From: Acidobacteriota bacterium
GTDB lineage: Bacteria > Acidobacteriota > Terriglobia > 2-12-FULL-54-10
Direction of reading: 5' to 3'
Assembly (NCBI GenBank): GCA_016191085.1
Contig: JACPPJ010000070.1
Coordinates: 6,123-70,122 of the forward strand
Length of the DNA stretch: 64,000 nucleotides
A model generated the notes under the pieces. That model was not told the origin of the DNA. It did no database searches and worked only from the letters and a program-made list of their open reading frames with translations. Position numbers and translations under genes: made by a program. Position 1 is the first letter of the stretch; each line of letters opens with the position of its first letter. Shown here one piece after another: positions 19,349-28,914 of the stretch.

Positions 19349-19498
19349 ATGGTCAGGATTTTTTGGGCGACGTGCCCGGAGTGCAAAGGACGTTTTCAGT
19401 GCCACTGGGAGGAATTACGCCATAAGGGTATACCCCTCCTGTGTCCCTATTGCGGCAAGAAGTTTCTGGACGAAGAAAGTCCTGCAATCGAAGAGTAA
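19349..19498 (+). CDS. small zinc-ribbon protein (49 aa)
   Basis: MVRIFWATCPECKGRFQCHWEELRHKGIPLLCPYCGKKFLDEE, two CxxC pairs. Located between the decarboxylase and the second transporter. Confidence 0.35.
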   Translation: MVRIFWATCPECKGRFQCHWEELRHKGIPLLCPYCGKKFLDEESPAIEE

Positions 19499-19665
19499 AA
19501 GCAGCAGGGACCGGCGCTCTGAATTTAATGCTTGGAAGGCGGAGTTCTTATACCCGCCTACTTCCAGAAAGGTTCTTCAAATGAAAATCCTCCCATTGAG
19601 GACTGATCGCAGCCGCCCTGCTGCGTGTTTCGCCATCTCCGAAAGCTTGGAGTGTTTTCCAGGAT

Positions 19666-21210
19666 ATGCATGCCGGTCCCCCAGTGGAAGATAAGTTGTC
19701 CATTCGCACTGAACCTGTTCCCGCTAGCTCTGCCACGGGTACGGTTGAGCGTAATGTGGGCACCTTGCTGCTAAAGTTTGCCTCCGGGCCTTTGGTTTTC
19801 CTGCTCCTCTATGTGGCCCCCTACGAAGGTTTGTCCACCCAAGGCCGCGCCGTGCTGGCGATCTTCGGCTGGATGATCATGTGGTGGATGGTCGAGCCGC
19901 TTCCCTGGGCCATCGCCGCTTTGCTGCCCCTGGTGTTGTTTCCCAGCCTTGGCCTAATGAATGTAAACAGAACCATAGGGCTGTACGGTCAGCCTATTTT
20001 TTTCTGGCTGATGGGTACAGTTCTGCTGGGCTACGTCATCCAGCGCCACGGTTTGGCGAAACGTTTTGCCCTGTGGTTTCTCGCCCGCCGCTTGATCGGC
20101 GGCAATATATATCGCCTGATTTTTGGCTTTATGCTGGCGACGGCTGTCTGCTCGATGTTTATTTCCGACACCGCCACGGTAGCCATGATGATGCCCGTGG
20201 GACTATCTCTGGTTTACTACATCCGGACGGTTGGGGGAATCCCGAATTCACAAAAGACCAATTTGGCCACGTTCATGTCGCTGGCGTGTTTGTATGGGGC
20301 CGTAGCCGGCGGTACAGCAACCGTGGTGGGAACTCCTTACAATGTGCTCAGCGCCGGCCTGCTGCAAACATTGACCGGACGGAGCCTCGGTTTTGTGAAC
20401 TGGCTGACGGTGGGTATCCCGGTGTTCCTGGCAAGTCTTACTATGTTTTACTTTGTTCTGGCGGCGTTCTTACGACCCGAGGTTCCACAACTTCCTGGCG
20501 GACGCCGGTTCATTGATGAGGAGCGCAAAAAGTTGGGGCCTCTTTCCCCTGCCGAACGCGCCACTCTTTTCGTTTTCCTGACAATGATCACCCTGTTCAT
20601 CCTCCCTACTTTGGCTGAGCTGGTATTGGGCAGGCAACACTCGCTCACGCAATGGATCACCACGGCCCTTTCCCTCTATGTCGTGCCCCCCATTATGTTA
20701 CTGCTCATGTTCAGCATTCCGGTGAATTGTCGGAAAGGCGACTTTCTGTTGACGTGGCGGGAAGTGACAGAGCACGCCCCCTGGAACGTTATGCTGATGA
20801 CCACCTCGGCCGTGGCCATCACGGCTGCCCTGGCCGAGTTTGGCTTTATCAAATTCGCCGAGGGCCTCATCGCCGGGCTAGGCCTTGGGCGTTATTCGCT
20901 GCCGTTTGGGACCGCCTTCCTGGTGGCGGTAGCAGCGAATACGGTCACCGCCTCTGCTGTGACGGCATTGTTCGGAACCGTGTTAATCCCAGCTGCCCAA
21001 TTAGTTGGCTTGAATCCTGGCTCGATGGCAATATTGATTCCCCAAATGGCTACAGGTACCATGTTGCCGTGGTCCGGGCCTGCGGTGGCCGTAGCCTTCG
21101 CTAGCGGAGAGGCATCGCTGAAAGATATGATCCGAATCGGCATCGTAGCAACGGTGTTGTTAGCGGTTCTCGTGGCAGCTATCCATATTTTGCTCGCCCC
21201 TTTCATCTAG
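19666..21210 (+). CDS. SLC13/DASS-family anion permease (second paralog)
   Basis: 514-aa membrane protein, same family as 16293..17738. Confidence 0.8.
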   Translation: MHAGPPVEDKLSIRTEPVPASSATGTVERNVGTLLLKFASGPLVFLLLYVAPYEGLSTQGRAVLAIFGWMIMWWMVEPLPWAIAALLPLVLFPSLGLMNVNRTIGLYGQPIFFWLMGTVLLGYVIQRHGLAKRFALWFLARRLIGGNIYRLIFGFMLATAVCSMFISDTATVAMMMPVGLSLVYYIRTVGGIPNSQKTNLATFMSLACLYGAVAGGTATVVGTPYNVLSAGLLQTLTGRSLGFVNWLTVGIPVFLASLTMFYFVLAAFLRPEVPQLPGGRRFIDEERKKLGPLSPAERATLFVFLTMITLFILPTLAELVLGRQHSLTQWITTALSLYVVPPIMLLLMFSIPVNCRKGDFLLTWREVTEHAPWNVMLMTTSAVAITAALAEFGFIKFAEGLIAGLGLGRYSLPFGTAFLVAVAANTVTASAVTALFGTVLIPAAQLVGLNPGSMAILIPQMATGTMLPWSGPAVAVAFASGEASLKDMIRIGIVATVLLAVLVAAIHILLAPFI

Positions 21211-21398
21211 TTGTTGGATGAAGTTCGTCTTCAAGAACGAGCTGAATCCGCTGGCGCCGGACAGGGAGTGGAGTTCGCCAAACCGTCGCAGCCGCTATGA
21301 ATATTTTGACACCACGCGATGAAGTGATAATGTAGGGTTTCTTGTACGCGCGCCCGCAAAGGCTCGCTTGTCATTTCTAACTAGAGGAGCAGAGGTTT

Positions 21399-23321
21399 AT
21401 GAGAACTCGATGGACGTTCCTAGGTTTCGCGCTCGCCGTGCTGCTTGCCGCGCCACGTATTATGAGCGCCCAGACGCTTCCGCCCGAAGTCGCCCAAAAT
21501 GGCTACGCGGACATGATCATCGTGAACGCCAAAATCATCAGCGTAGACGACGCTGGGTACAACAACAATCCCGGTCGCATTTATCAGGCCATGGCCGTAA
21601 AGAAGGACCGCATCATGGCGCTCGGGGACGCCACAAGGATTCGCGCCATGGCGGATTCTCGTACCACCGTTTATGACATGGCGGGCATGACGATCATCCC
21701 GGGAATTGTCGAGAGCCACGTGCATATCTTCGGCGATAGGCAAGTAGCTACCGAGATGGGCCTGAAGGGCGCCGCCATCAACGTCAGTGTAGAGGCCGGC
21801 AGAGACATTGAAGCGACGCGTCTCAAGGTGGAAAACGCCATCACGGACTCGGTGAAGAAAGTGAAACCAGGCGAGTGGGTCCACGTTACCATACGCCCCA
21901 ATGAAAAGGAAAAGGTTGACGCCTCTCGCGTATTTAGCTGGGTCACGCTGGGCAACTTCGAGCCTCGCGAGCGCCTCGACCGCATAGCCCCGAATCACCC
22001 AGTAATCGTTCAGGTGGCCAGTCGCGCGACGATCAACAGCGCCGCGTGGAAAACCATGCAGAACTATTTCCCCGATCTAGACGATTACTATGAATCCACG
22101 CTGCCCGATGTACCCAAGTCTGGCGGCAAAGGAGTGATCGGTGTGGAAGGGCAAGTCGCGTTGCAATGGGAAATCTGGTGGGGCTCGCAGCCCATCAGCC
22201 TGTTGGCCGATATGATGCGTCGCACCATGCAGAAGGCCGCCTCCCACGGGATAACCACTTTTAGTTCGCGTATGACCCATCCCAGGCTGGTGGATACTTA
22301 TACGTTGCTCAACCGCGAAAATGCTGCGCCGATCCGTTTCGGGCTGCTGCTCGAAGGGCACCGCCGTCCGCGCGATCAGAAGACGGTACGGCAGATCTAT
22401 CAAATGACGGGGAACTTGACCAATCTCGGCGGCGATTATCTGTGGATTAACGGTGTCGCCAGCGAGTTGTGGGACTCCAGCTTCCCGCAGGGGTGCCTCG
22501 GCCCGGACGTGCCCGCTCCGGCGGAGATTAAAGCGCGCGAGATGTGCCCGCAACCTGGCATGCTCTATTACGATACTCTGAAGAACGCGCTGGGCGCGGG
22601 CTGGCGGCTGGCCGGTATTCACGGCGTCGCAAGCCATGGCGTTCGTAGCTTCATTAACATGGTTGACTCTGTCGTAAAGGAGCAGGGGTTGTCTGTCGAA
22701 GACATGCGGAAACGCCGCCTCACGGTGGAGCACGCGGAAGCGATGGGCCAACAGCCGGACATCATCGCGGGCCTGAAGAAGTACGACATCATCGTGAGCG
22801 TACATCCACCGCGCTTGTTCCGTACGCGAGATTACGTGGCCGATTATGGTCCCAAGGTTCTGCCATTCATGCAGCCGGTGAAGACTTGGCTGGATTCCGG
22901 CGTGAAAGTTGTAGGTCAGATGGAGCGGTATACGAATGTCGGTTATGTCTGGACAATCCTTATGACTCGCGATATCGGCGAAGGCATGAAGGTGAACCCC
23001 GAGGAGGCGCTCGGTCGCGAAGTAGTCCTGAAGATGTGGACGAAATGGGCCGCCGAGTACGTTATGAAGGAGAACGACCTCGGTTCGCTCGAAGTCGGCA
23101 AAATGGCTGATTTTGTGGTGCTTGACAAGGATTATTTGACGGTGCCGATTGCGGAAATTCCTTCCATCAAGCCGCAAATGACGGTCGTCGGTGGCAAGCC
23201 GGTGTTCTTTGATGCTGAATTCGCGAAGAAGTTTAGCAAAGACGGCGTCGGCTGGCAGTTCCCGGCCGGCTACAAACCGTGGGGCGAGTACGTGCCGGAA
23301 TACGGCGCCGGAGACTTGTAG
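21399..23321 (+). CDS. secreted metal-dependent amidohydrolase (Amidohydro_3 family)
   Basis: Signal peptide, HVHIFGD metal-binding motif, 640 aa. Confidence 0.8.
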   Translation: MRTRWTFLGFALAVLLAAPRIMSAQTLPPEVAQNGYADMIIVNAKIISVDDAGYNNNPGRIYQAMAVKKDRIMALGDATRIRAMADSRTTVYDMAGMTIIPGIVESHVHIFGDRQVATEMGLKGAAINVSVEAGRDIEATRLKVENAITDSVKKVKPGEWVHVTIRPNEKEKVDASRVFSWVTLGNFEPRERLDRIAPNHPVIVQVASRATINSAAWKTMQNYFPDLDDYYESTLPDVPKSGGKGVIGVEGQVALQWEIWWGSQPISLLADMMRRTMQKAASHGITTFSSRMTHPRLVDTYTLLNRENAAPIRFGLLLEGHRRPRDQKTVRQIYQMTGNLTNLGGDYLWINGVASELWDSSFPQGCLGPDVPAPAEIKAREMCPQPGMLYYDTLKNALGAGWRLAGIHGVASHGVRSFINMVDSVVKEQGLSVEDMRKRRLTVEHAEAMGQQPDIIAGLKKYDIIVSVHPPRLFRTRDYVADYGPKVLPFMQPVKTWLDSGVKVVGQMERYTNVGYVWTILMTRDIGEGMKVNPEEALGREVVLKMWTKWAAEYVMKENDLGSLEVGKMADFVVLDKDYLTVPIAEIPSIKPQMTVVGGKPVFFDAEFAKKFSKDGVGWQFPAGYKPWGEYVPEYGAGDL

Positions 23322-23344
23322 TATTCCTTTCGCGGACAGAGAAT

Positions 23345-23380
23345 AGCCACAGCACGGCAGCGTGCCGTGGCTATTTTTTC
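23345..23380 (+). terminator. Rho-independent terminator after the amidohydrolase gene
   Basis: GC-rich hairpin AGCCACAGCACGGCAGCGTGCCGTGGCT followed by ATTTTTTCTTT. Confidence 0.5.
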
Positions 23381-23398
23381 TTTACCGTCGAGAGACTG

Positions 23399-26017
23399 TT
23401 ATGATGTCGTTGCTGGTGTTTTCTGTTCTGCGAAGTACGCCAGGATTTCGCTTCGTGACCGCTCCCGCCAGGCCACATTGGACCGCAATATCTCTATAGT
23501 TTTCTTAACGGCCCGTTCGGTGCCCGGCACGCGGTGCGCCTGGAAGAAGCTCTCTACGTCAGCTAATTCTTGGCTTTGAGTAAAGCCGCTGGCGATTCCG
23601 ATGATTCTGGAGAGCAGGCCGATGCCGCCTCCGTTGTACCGGTCGACAAACGTATTCCAGTGCTGCTTGAAGAACTCCCATGCAAGATTTCTGCCCAGCG
23701 GGTGATTCGCAGCGCTCGCCATCACGATGGGGGTATCTTGTGATCGCACGCCTTCCGACAGTGAAAAATCCAGCAGTTGCCTCAGTACCGGTTCCTGCTT
23801 GCAGTTTCCGGCGGCGTTGAGGACTCGAACTCTCTCCTCGTGCAGTTGAGTGCCGTTGTAAATCTCCAGCAGGTCCCGATACTCCTTTTCGTCCCCGTTT
23901 TCGGCTACCAATGTGTAGACGGCCTGCCTCAGATCGGGATCAAGCGACCCTTGATTCCGGAATTGCTCAAAACGGTTTCTTGCTTCGTCGATCGTGGCGC
24001 GATCACCGTATCCGCCCAGGTTCCGCAGAGCCAGCGACCGAAGCATCACGTCGAGATGCCCGTCTCCGGCTTGCTTGTTCCACCCCTTCGATGACGCGAT
24101 GGTGTGGAAGAAGTTCCGTGCCGCTTCATTAAGCGGTTCACGCTCCGGTTCAGGGGAGAGCAGGTTATCGAGCGTGTGAAAGACACCCGAAATAATGGTC
24201 CAGACGCTGAAATCCTGTTCGGAATCGTATGCCATCAAAACAGAGAGCGCCGTGGAAGTATCAATGTACCCGGCTCGCGCGAGCGCGAAGGCGTCGTCCA
24301 GAATTCCAAGCCGGTCGACGGTGGGCATCGCTCCGGCCTTTACGGCGCGCGCCAGGCTCTGCCACATGTCTGGGGGATAAGCCACGCGGTAGAAACCGCT
24401 TTGACCGGGATTGAACTTCACCCACTTATCGGACGCTCCATCGCCGGCGCCGTTCGTGAATACGCTCAGTTTGTGGCGCGCGCCTTCCATATACTCGAAG
24501 GCGGGCTGTACGGAGTCTGAAGTCAGCACACCCACAGGGATCTGCCACAGCATCCGCTTCGGCTCTTTGGTGCCGTCGACTACAAAGCGGCGCTGCTCCA
24601 GCCGGTACTCAACTCGATCGCGCTTCTTCTTGGAATCAATTATCAACACCGGATAACCCGCCTGGCGCGTGTAGCTGGCCATCATGGCTGTCACGGGCTT
24701 GCCGGAGGTCTCTTCGATTGCGTGCCAGAGGTCGCCCGTGGTGGCGTTTCCAAAGGAGTGGGTCGTCAGATAGTGCTTAAGTCCCTTGCGCAGATCTTCC
24801 TCCCCGAGGTAGTGCTCCAGCATGCGGTTGATGACCGATCCCTTGCTGTAGGAAATGGCGTCAAAGACCTCGCGAATCTCGTATGGATTTTTGACCGGCA
24901 CCTCCACGGGATGAGTGCTCTTCAGCGCATCTTCGTGAAGCGCTGACATGTACCGCTGCGCCACGAACTGCGTCCAGGTGTCCCACTCAGGGAAGTGGTG
25001 GTCGGAGGCTTTGGGTCCCATGTAGGACGCGAAGCCCTCGTTCAACCACAGATCCGTCCACCACTTCATAGTTGTGTAGTTGCCGAACCACTGGTGCGCG
25101 AGTTCATGGTCTACCACTTCAGCTACGCGCTGCCGCGCCGATGCGGAAGAATTCTGCGGATCAATCAACAGCGCCGTTTCGCGGTACGTAACCAGCCCCC
25201 AGTTCTCCATAGCACCCGCGGCGAAGTCGGGCAACGCCACCATGTCCAGCTTCGGAAAGACATACGGCACACCAAACCATTCTGCGAAATATGGCAATGT
25301 GTGCAGCGCGGCTTCCAGCGCGAACTGCCCATGATCGCGCTTTCCAGGATTGGTCCACACGCGGATTGGAATGCCGTTGCGATCGGTGGCTTCCAGATAT
25401 TCCAGGTCAGCAATCACCACCGCAACCAGATAAGTGGACATCACCGGAGTCTTTTCAAAAGCGATTCGCTTCCATCCATTGCCCAGTCTGGTCTCCTCAC
25501 GCGGCGGCATATTAGACAGCGCCGTGAGGTGATCCGGCACCGTAAGCGTGATGCTGAAGGTAGCTTTGCGCGCGGGCTCATCCCAGCAGGGGAAAGCGCG
25601 ACGGGCGTCAGTAGCCTCGAATTGCGTTGCGGCGCCCCAGGTCTTCTGTCCGTTCATGAGATAGGACGTACGGTAGAAGCCGTGCATCTTGTCGTTCAGC
25701 TCACCGGAAAACTCCAGCCGAAGCTGTGCCTCGCCAACTTCGAGTTGCCGGCCGAAATCGATAATAATACTCTCCATCTTCTTGCTGCGGGTGATTCGCT
25801 TGGACCGCACCCAATCGCCCCCTGCGGGCCGAACCTCCGCTTTCTTGACCTTCAGCTCCAGGGCATGAAGAGTGACCCGCGCCGTTGGCTCTTTGATAGC
25901 GACCTGAATAGTTTCAGAGCCCGAGAACGTGAACTTCGTAAGATCGGGCCGGAGTTCAATGTTGTAGTGAATCGGGTCAACATTGCCCGGCAGAAGATAC
26001 GGATTGCGTGTAGTCAT
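23399..26017 (-). CDS. pepN: aminopeptidase N (M1 family zinc metallopeptidase)
   Basis: GAMEN motif (AGAMENWGL) and HELAHQWFGN...E zinc site. 872 aa. Confidence 0.9.
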   Translation of the reverse strand: MTTRNPYLLPGNVDPIHYNIELRPDLTKFTFSGSETIQVAIKEPTARVTLHALELKVKKAEVRPAGGDWVRSKRITRSKKMESIIIDFGRQLEVGEAQLRLEFSGELNDKMHGFYRTSYLMNGQKTWGAATQFEATDARRAFPCWDEPARKATFSITLTVPDHLTALSNMPPREETRLGNGWKRIAFEKTPVMSTYLVAVVIADLEYLEATDRNGIPIRVWTNPGKRDHGQFALEAALHTLPYFAEWFGVPYVFPKLDMVALPDFAAGAMENWGLVTYRETALLIDPQNSSASARQRVAEVVDHELAHQWFGNYTTMKWWTDLWLNEGFASYMGPKASDHHFPEWDTWTQFVAQRYMSALHEDALKSTHPVEVPVKNPYEIREVFDAISYSKGSVINRMLEHYLGEEDLRKGLKHYLTTHSFGNATTGDLWHAIEETSGKPVTAMMASYTRQAGYPVLIIDSKKKRDRVEYRLEQRRFVVDGTKEPKRMLWQIPVGVLTSDSVQPAFEYMEGARHKLSVFTNGAGDGASDKWVKFNPGQSGFYRVAYPPDMWQSLARAVKAGAMPTVDRLGILDDAFALARAGYIDTSTALSVLMAYDSEQDFSVWTIISGVFHTLDNLLSPEPEREPLNEAARNFFHTIASSKGWNKQAGDGHLDVMLRSLALRNLGGYGDRATIDEARNRFEQFRNQGSLDPDLRQAVYTLVAENGDEKEYRDLLEIYNGTQLHEERVRVLNAAGNCKQEPVLRQLLDFSLSEGVRSQDTPIVMASAANHPLGRNLAWEFFKQHWNTFVDRYNGGGIGLLSRIIGIASGFTQSQELADVESFFQAHRVPGTERAVKKTIEILRSNVAWRERSRSEILAYFAEQKTPATTS

Positions 26018-26135
26018 TCAGTTCTCCCCGTCCATGGCTGATTTGGATTAAGAATAGATTCTAGCATGGTGGGTACACCACCCTTGCCCTGGACACCAAA
26101 GGAGCTATGGAACACAATACTGACGCTGATCAGAA

Positions 26136-26672
26136 TCAGCGTGTAATGGGGCTTTTCTCGCGAATGGGATTCTCGTTGCGTTTTTCGGACATCCCCTTCG
26201 GGATGCTGATCCATTTCCATTCGTCATAAGCAAGGATGCGTGCGAGCAGCACGATTTGCCCGGCGTGGTAGGCAATATGCGCCAGGGAGCGGAGCAGCGC
26301 GGCTCGGACGGTCAGCGCACTGCCGCGGATGGTTACAGTTTTTTCCAAGTCGTCCTGTGTGAGCGAGGCCAGCGCGTTTTCCAAGGTCTGCCAACCCTTC
26401 TCCCATAACTCACGAGTTTCTTGCCGGGAGTATTCTCGGGTTTGGAACTCCAAGTCACGGTCGCGCCAGGGCTTTTCCCCGTCCGTTGTGAGGAAGTCCG
26501 TGAAACGCGAGATCAGATTGCCGCTGACGTGCCGTACGAGCATCGCAACCGAATTGCCATTGGGCGCAAGCACGCGGTTGAGAGCCTCATCAGAGACTTG
26601 ATCCAATGCTTTCTCAGCAATAGTGTAGTAGCGGCGTGTTTCTTCGATAAAGTCCTGAACGGCGGGTATCAT
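26136..26672 (-). CDS. DinB_2 / DUF1572-family protein
   Basis: 178 aa, DinB-like four-helix pattern with conserved His residues. Confidence 0.6.
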   Translation of the reverse strand: MIPAVQDFIEETRRYYTIAEKALDQVSDEALNRVLAPNGNSVAMLVRHVSGNLISRFTDFLTTDGEKPWRDRDLEFQTREYSRQETRELWEKGWQTLENALASLTQDDLEKTVTIRGSALTVRAALLRSLAHIAYHAGQIVLLARILAYDEWKWISIPKGMSEKRNENPIREKSPITR

Positions 26673-26715
26673 GAATGCGTCCTCTTACGAGCGGAGTAAC
26701 ACGGTATTGAATCAA

Positions 26716-26791
26716 TGGTGGACCTGGCGGGAGTCGAACCCGCGACCTCTTCAATGCCATTGAAGCGCGCTCCCAACTGCGCCACAGGCCC
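26716..26791 (-). tRNA. tRNA-Ala (anticodon GGC)
   Basis: The reverse complement folds as GGGCCTG acceptor with G3:U70, anticodon loop ATGGCAT, T-arm GCGGGTTCGACTCCCGC, CCA end. Confidence 0.9.
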
Positions 26792-26939
26792 ACATTTCGA
26801 AGAGATGCCATTATAAGTAACATCTTTCCCGGCGCAGTGTCAAACGTACTCGGAGCGTGCATTGCTACACAGACCGGAGTGTTTGGCGGGCAATTGACAA
26901 GCTCTCTTGTGATTGACAGAATACAATTTGCCCTATCCC

Positions 26940-27026
26940 GCGGATGTGGCGGAACTGGCAGACGCGCTAGATTCAGGTTCTAGTGCCCTAACGGGCGTGG
27001 AGGTTCGAGTCCTCTCATCCGCACCA
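26940..27026 (+). tRNA. tRNA-Leu (anticodon CAG), 87 nt with long variable arm; attL of the downstream island
   Basis: Acceptor GCGGATG/CATCCGC, anticodon loop TTCAGGT, long variable arm, T-arm GGAGGTTCGAGTCCTCT, ACCA end. Confidence 0.9.
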
Positions 27027-27042
27027 ATTGATTCCACAGTAT

Positions 27043-28155
27043 TTACGCTCCAACTGCCGCCACAGTTTCAAATACCTGTTTTTCGCCGGTGTCAGTTTTG
27101 GTGCCAGTTGCTCCCGCCGTCAGTCTCTCGACTGCCTCTTGCAAGTGGGCCTCTCCAAGGTGGGAATACCGCAGAGTCGTTTCAATCCGCTTGTGTCCCA
27201 TAAGCACCTGGACGGCCCGCAAGGGAACCGCAGCCATAACAAGACGACTGGCGAAGGTATGCCGTAGATCGTGCCAGCGGAAGTTTGCAATCTTTGCTGC
27301 GGTCAGACACTCGTTGAACCAATCCTGCCTGTCGTGAATCGGAGCGCCGTCAGAGCCGGGGCAGACGTGCCCGATTGCGCCGTGAAGCTCCCGCAGCTTC
27401 AGAAGCGCAGCCTTTGCCGCAGAGTTAATATGGACGTGCCGGGCTTCCCCGTGCTTGCTCCGGGCAATGGTGATGATGCCGCGCTTCAGGTCTACGTCCT
27501 GCCAGCGCAGCCCGTATTGTTCCCCGCGTCTCATGCCAGTGTGAAGGGCAAGCTCAAACTCCGGCTCCCGCTCCGGGCAAACCTCTTTGATCTTCTCCCG
27601 CAGCGCGGTTTCTTCTTTCTCATCCAGGAAGCGCACCCGCTCGTTGTTTTCGGTGAGCGGCTTCACCTGCCGGACAGGATTCGAGGACACCTTGCCATTG
27701 CGTATCGCCAATGAGAAAACCAAGCTCAGAAGCGCACGGTAGCGGTTCAGGGTTGCGGGCTTGCGTCCGTCTTCGGCAAGGGCGTGGAGCTTGCGTTCAA
27801 TATCGTGAGGCAGAATATCCGCCGCCGCACGCTCGCCAAACCAGTCTTTCAGGGTTGCCATGTGCCAGCAGTCAATGCGGTACGCTTCCGGCACCTTGCG
27901 CGCCTCGCAGTGTTCGAGCGCCTCATCTGCCATTTTGCTGAAGGAAACATGCACGTGCCGCAACTTCTCGGGCAATTTCTTCCGTTGGAGCACTTCCGTT
28001 TTGCGCTTGCGGTATAGAGTCTTTGCCGCTTCTTTTAACCCGGCCTTCTCCCGATGAATCCGCCCCGTAGCATCGGCATAGCGAACCCACCAAACATCCG
28101 AGCCGGGCACCTTCTCGTAAATTCCGCGTATTTTCTTCGCTTCCTTCTTAGCCAT
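27043..28155 (-). CDS. int: tyrosine-type integrase (intact)
   Basis: R..HDLRHT..LMGH..TLRY catalytic motifs. Convergent on tRNA-Leu, ending 16 nt from it. Confidence 0.9.
   Translation of the reverse strand: MAKKEAKKIRGIYEKVPGSDVWWVRYADATGRIHREKAGLKEAAKTLYRKRKTEVLQRKKLPEKLRHVHVSFSKMADEALEHCEARKVPEAYRIDCWHMATLKDWFGERAAADILPHDIERKLHALAEDGRKPATLNRYRALLSLVFSLAIRNGKVSSNPVRQVKPLTENNERVRFLDEKEETALREKIKEVCPEREPEFELALHTGMRRGEQYGLRWQDVDLKRGIITIARSKHGEARHVHINSAAKAALLKLRELHGAIGHVCPGSDGAPIHDRQDWFNECLTAAKIANFRWHDLRHTFASRLVMAAVPLRAVQVLMGHKRIETTLRYSHLGEAHLQEAVERLTAGATGTKTDTGEKQVFETVAAVGA
27088..27110. promoter_or_regulatory. putative arm-type recombinase binding repeat (GGTGTCAGTTTTGGTGCCAGTTG), paired with a near-identical copy at 33396..33418
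   Basis: A 23-nt sequence with 2 mismatches lies in direct orientation just inside attL and just inside attR. Confidence 0.35.
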
Positions 28156-28372
28156 GTTTTTTCGGTTCCTTTCCAGCCGTAGCACGTCGTTTCAAAGTCT
28201 TTCTGTGCCCCTGAGCGAGCGTGTGCAACGCCAACGCAAGCATAGAGGGAATTTTGCGGGTGCCAGTCTCCCAACGCGCAACGGCAACCCTGTGGACTCC
28301 GAGGGCGGACGCGAGCTGTTCCTGAGTCATTCCCAGCTTGTCGCGAATCACTCTAAGTTCTTCCGGGTTCAT
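28148..28372 (-). CDS. XRE-family HTH transcriptional regulator
   Basis: LGMTQEQLASALGVHRVAVARWETG is a canonical XRE/Cro-C1 HTH. Confidence 0.6.
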   Translation of the reverse strand: MNPEELRVIRDKLGMTQEQLASALGVHRVAVARWETGTRKIPSMLALALHTLAQGHRKTLKRRATAGKEPKKHG

Positions 28373-28518
28373 GTAGCCAATGGTTACATACAGAGAGATG
28401 GATGTCAAGCGGAAATTTCGCAGATCACGCTAAAACCCTTTCGGGCTGCGATCCCTACAATGGTGTTATACTGCTTTCGCAATTATTCCGGGTTCTTGAA
28501 ACAGGCCGGAAGCCGGAA

Positions 28519-28806
28519 TCAGCCTTTCTTAACCGTCCGTGCTCGATCCAGTGCGCGTTCGATTTGTAGCAGAACTTTCGAGGGTTTCACGCTTAGCGTT
28601 GCAGAGATATTGAAAATCGTGCGAAGGGAAGGACTCTTCTGCCCATTTTCCAGCAAGCCGATGTACGTCCGATGGTATCCGCTCTTGTCGGCTAACCATT
28701 GTTGAGATTTTCCCTGCTTGCGCCGGATTGCCCGCACAACAAAACCAAAAGCAAGTTCCGGCGTGGATAACCTCTCCGTCTCATCGGTACGCTTCAGCCT
28801 GCCCAT
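28519..28806 (-). CDS. XRE-family HTH transcriptional regulator (repressor candidate)
   Basis: IRRKQGKSQQWLADKSGYHRTYIGLLENGQKSPSLRTI is an XRE HTH. Confidence 0.65.
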   Translation of the reverse strand: MGRLKRTDETERLSTPELAFGFVVRAIRRKQGKSQQWLADKSGYHRTYIGLLENGQKSPSLRTIFNISATLSVKPSKVLLQIERALDRARTVKKG

Positions 28807-28826
28807 AGGCAGACATCATTTCGTTA

Positions 28827-28860
28827 TTGACGACTAAAGAGTGACACACTATAGTCGTCA
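28827..28860. promoter_or_regulatory. divergent promoter/operator: perfect 8-bp inverted repeat GACGACTA-N13-TAGTCGTC with TTGACG and TATAGT hexamers
   Basis: Lies between the XRE gene (minus) and the secreted-protein gene (plus). Read directly from the sequence. Confidence 0.35.
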
Positions 28861-28914
28861 CTTGCCCGCTGATGTTGTTCTGCGAGGGAAATCAAATGCG
28901 AGAGGAGAATTCTC

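Noticed and set aside
22077-23177. 366-aa minus-strand ORF
   Set aside because: Fully antisense to the amidohydrolase gene, Arg/His-rich GC-frame artefact.
24995-26041. 348-aa plus-strand ORF
   Set aside because: Antisense to pepN, which has unambiguous M1 peptidase motifs. This is a high-GC shadow ORF.
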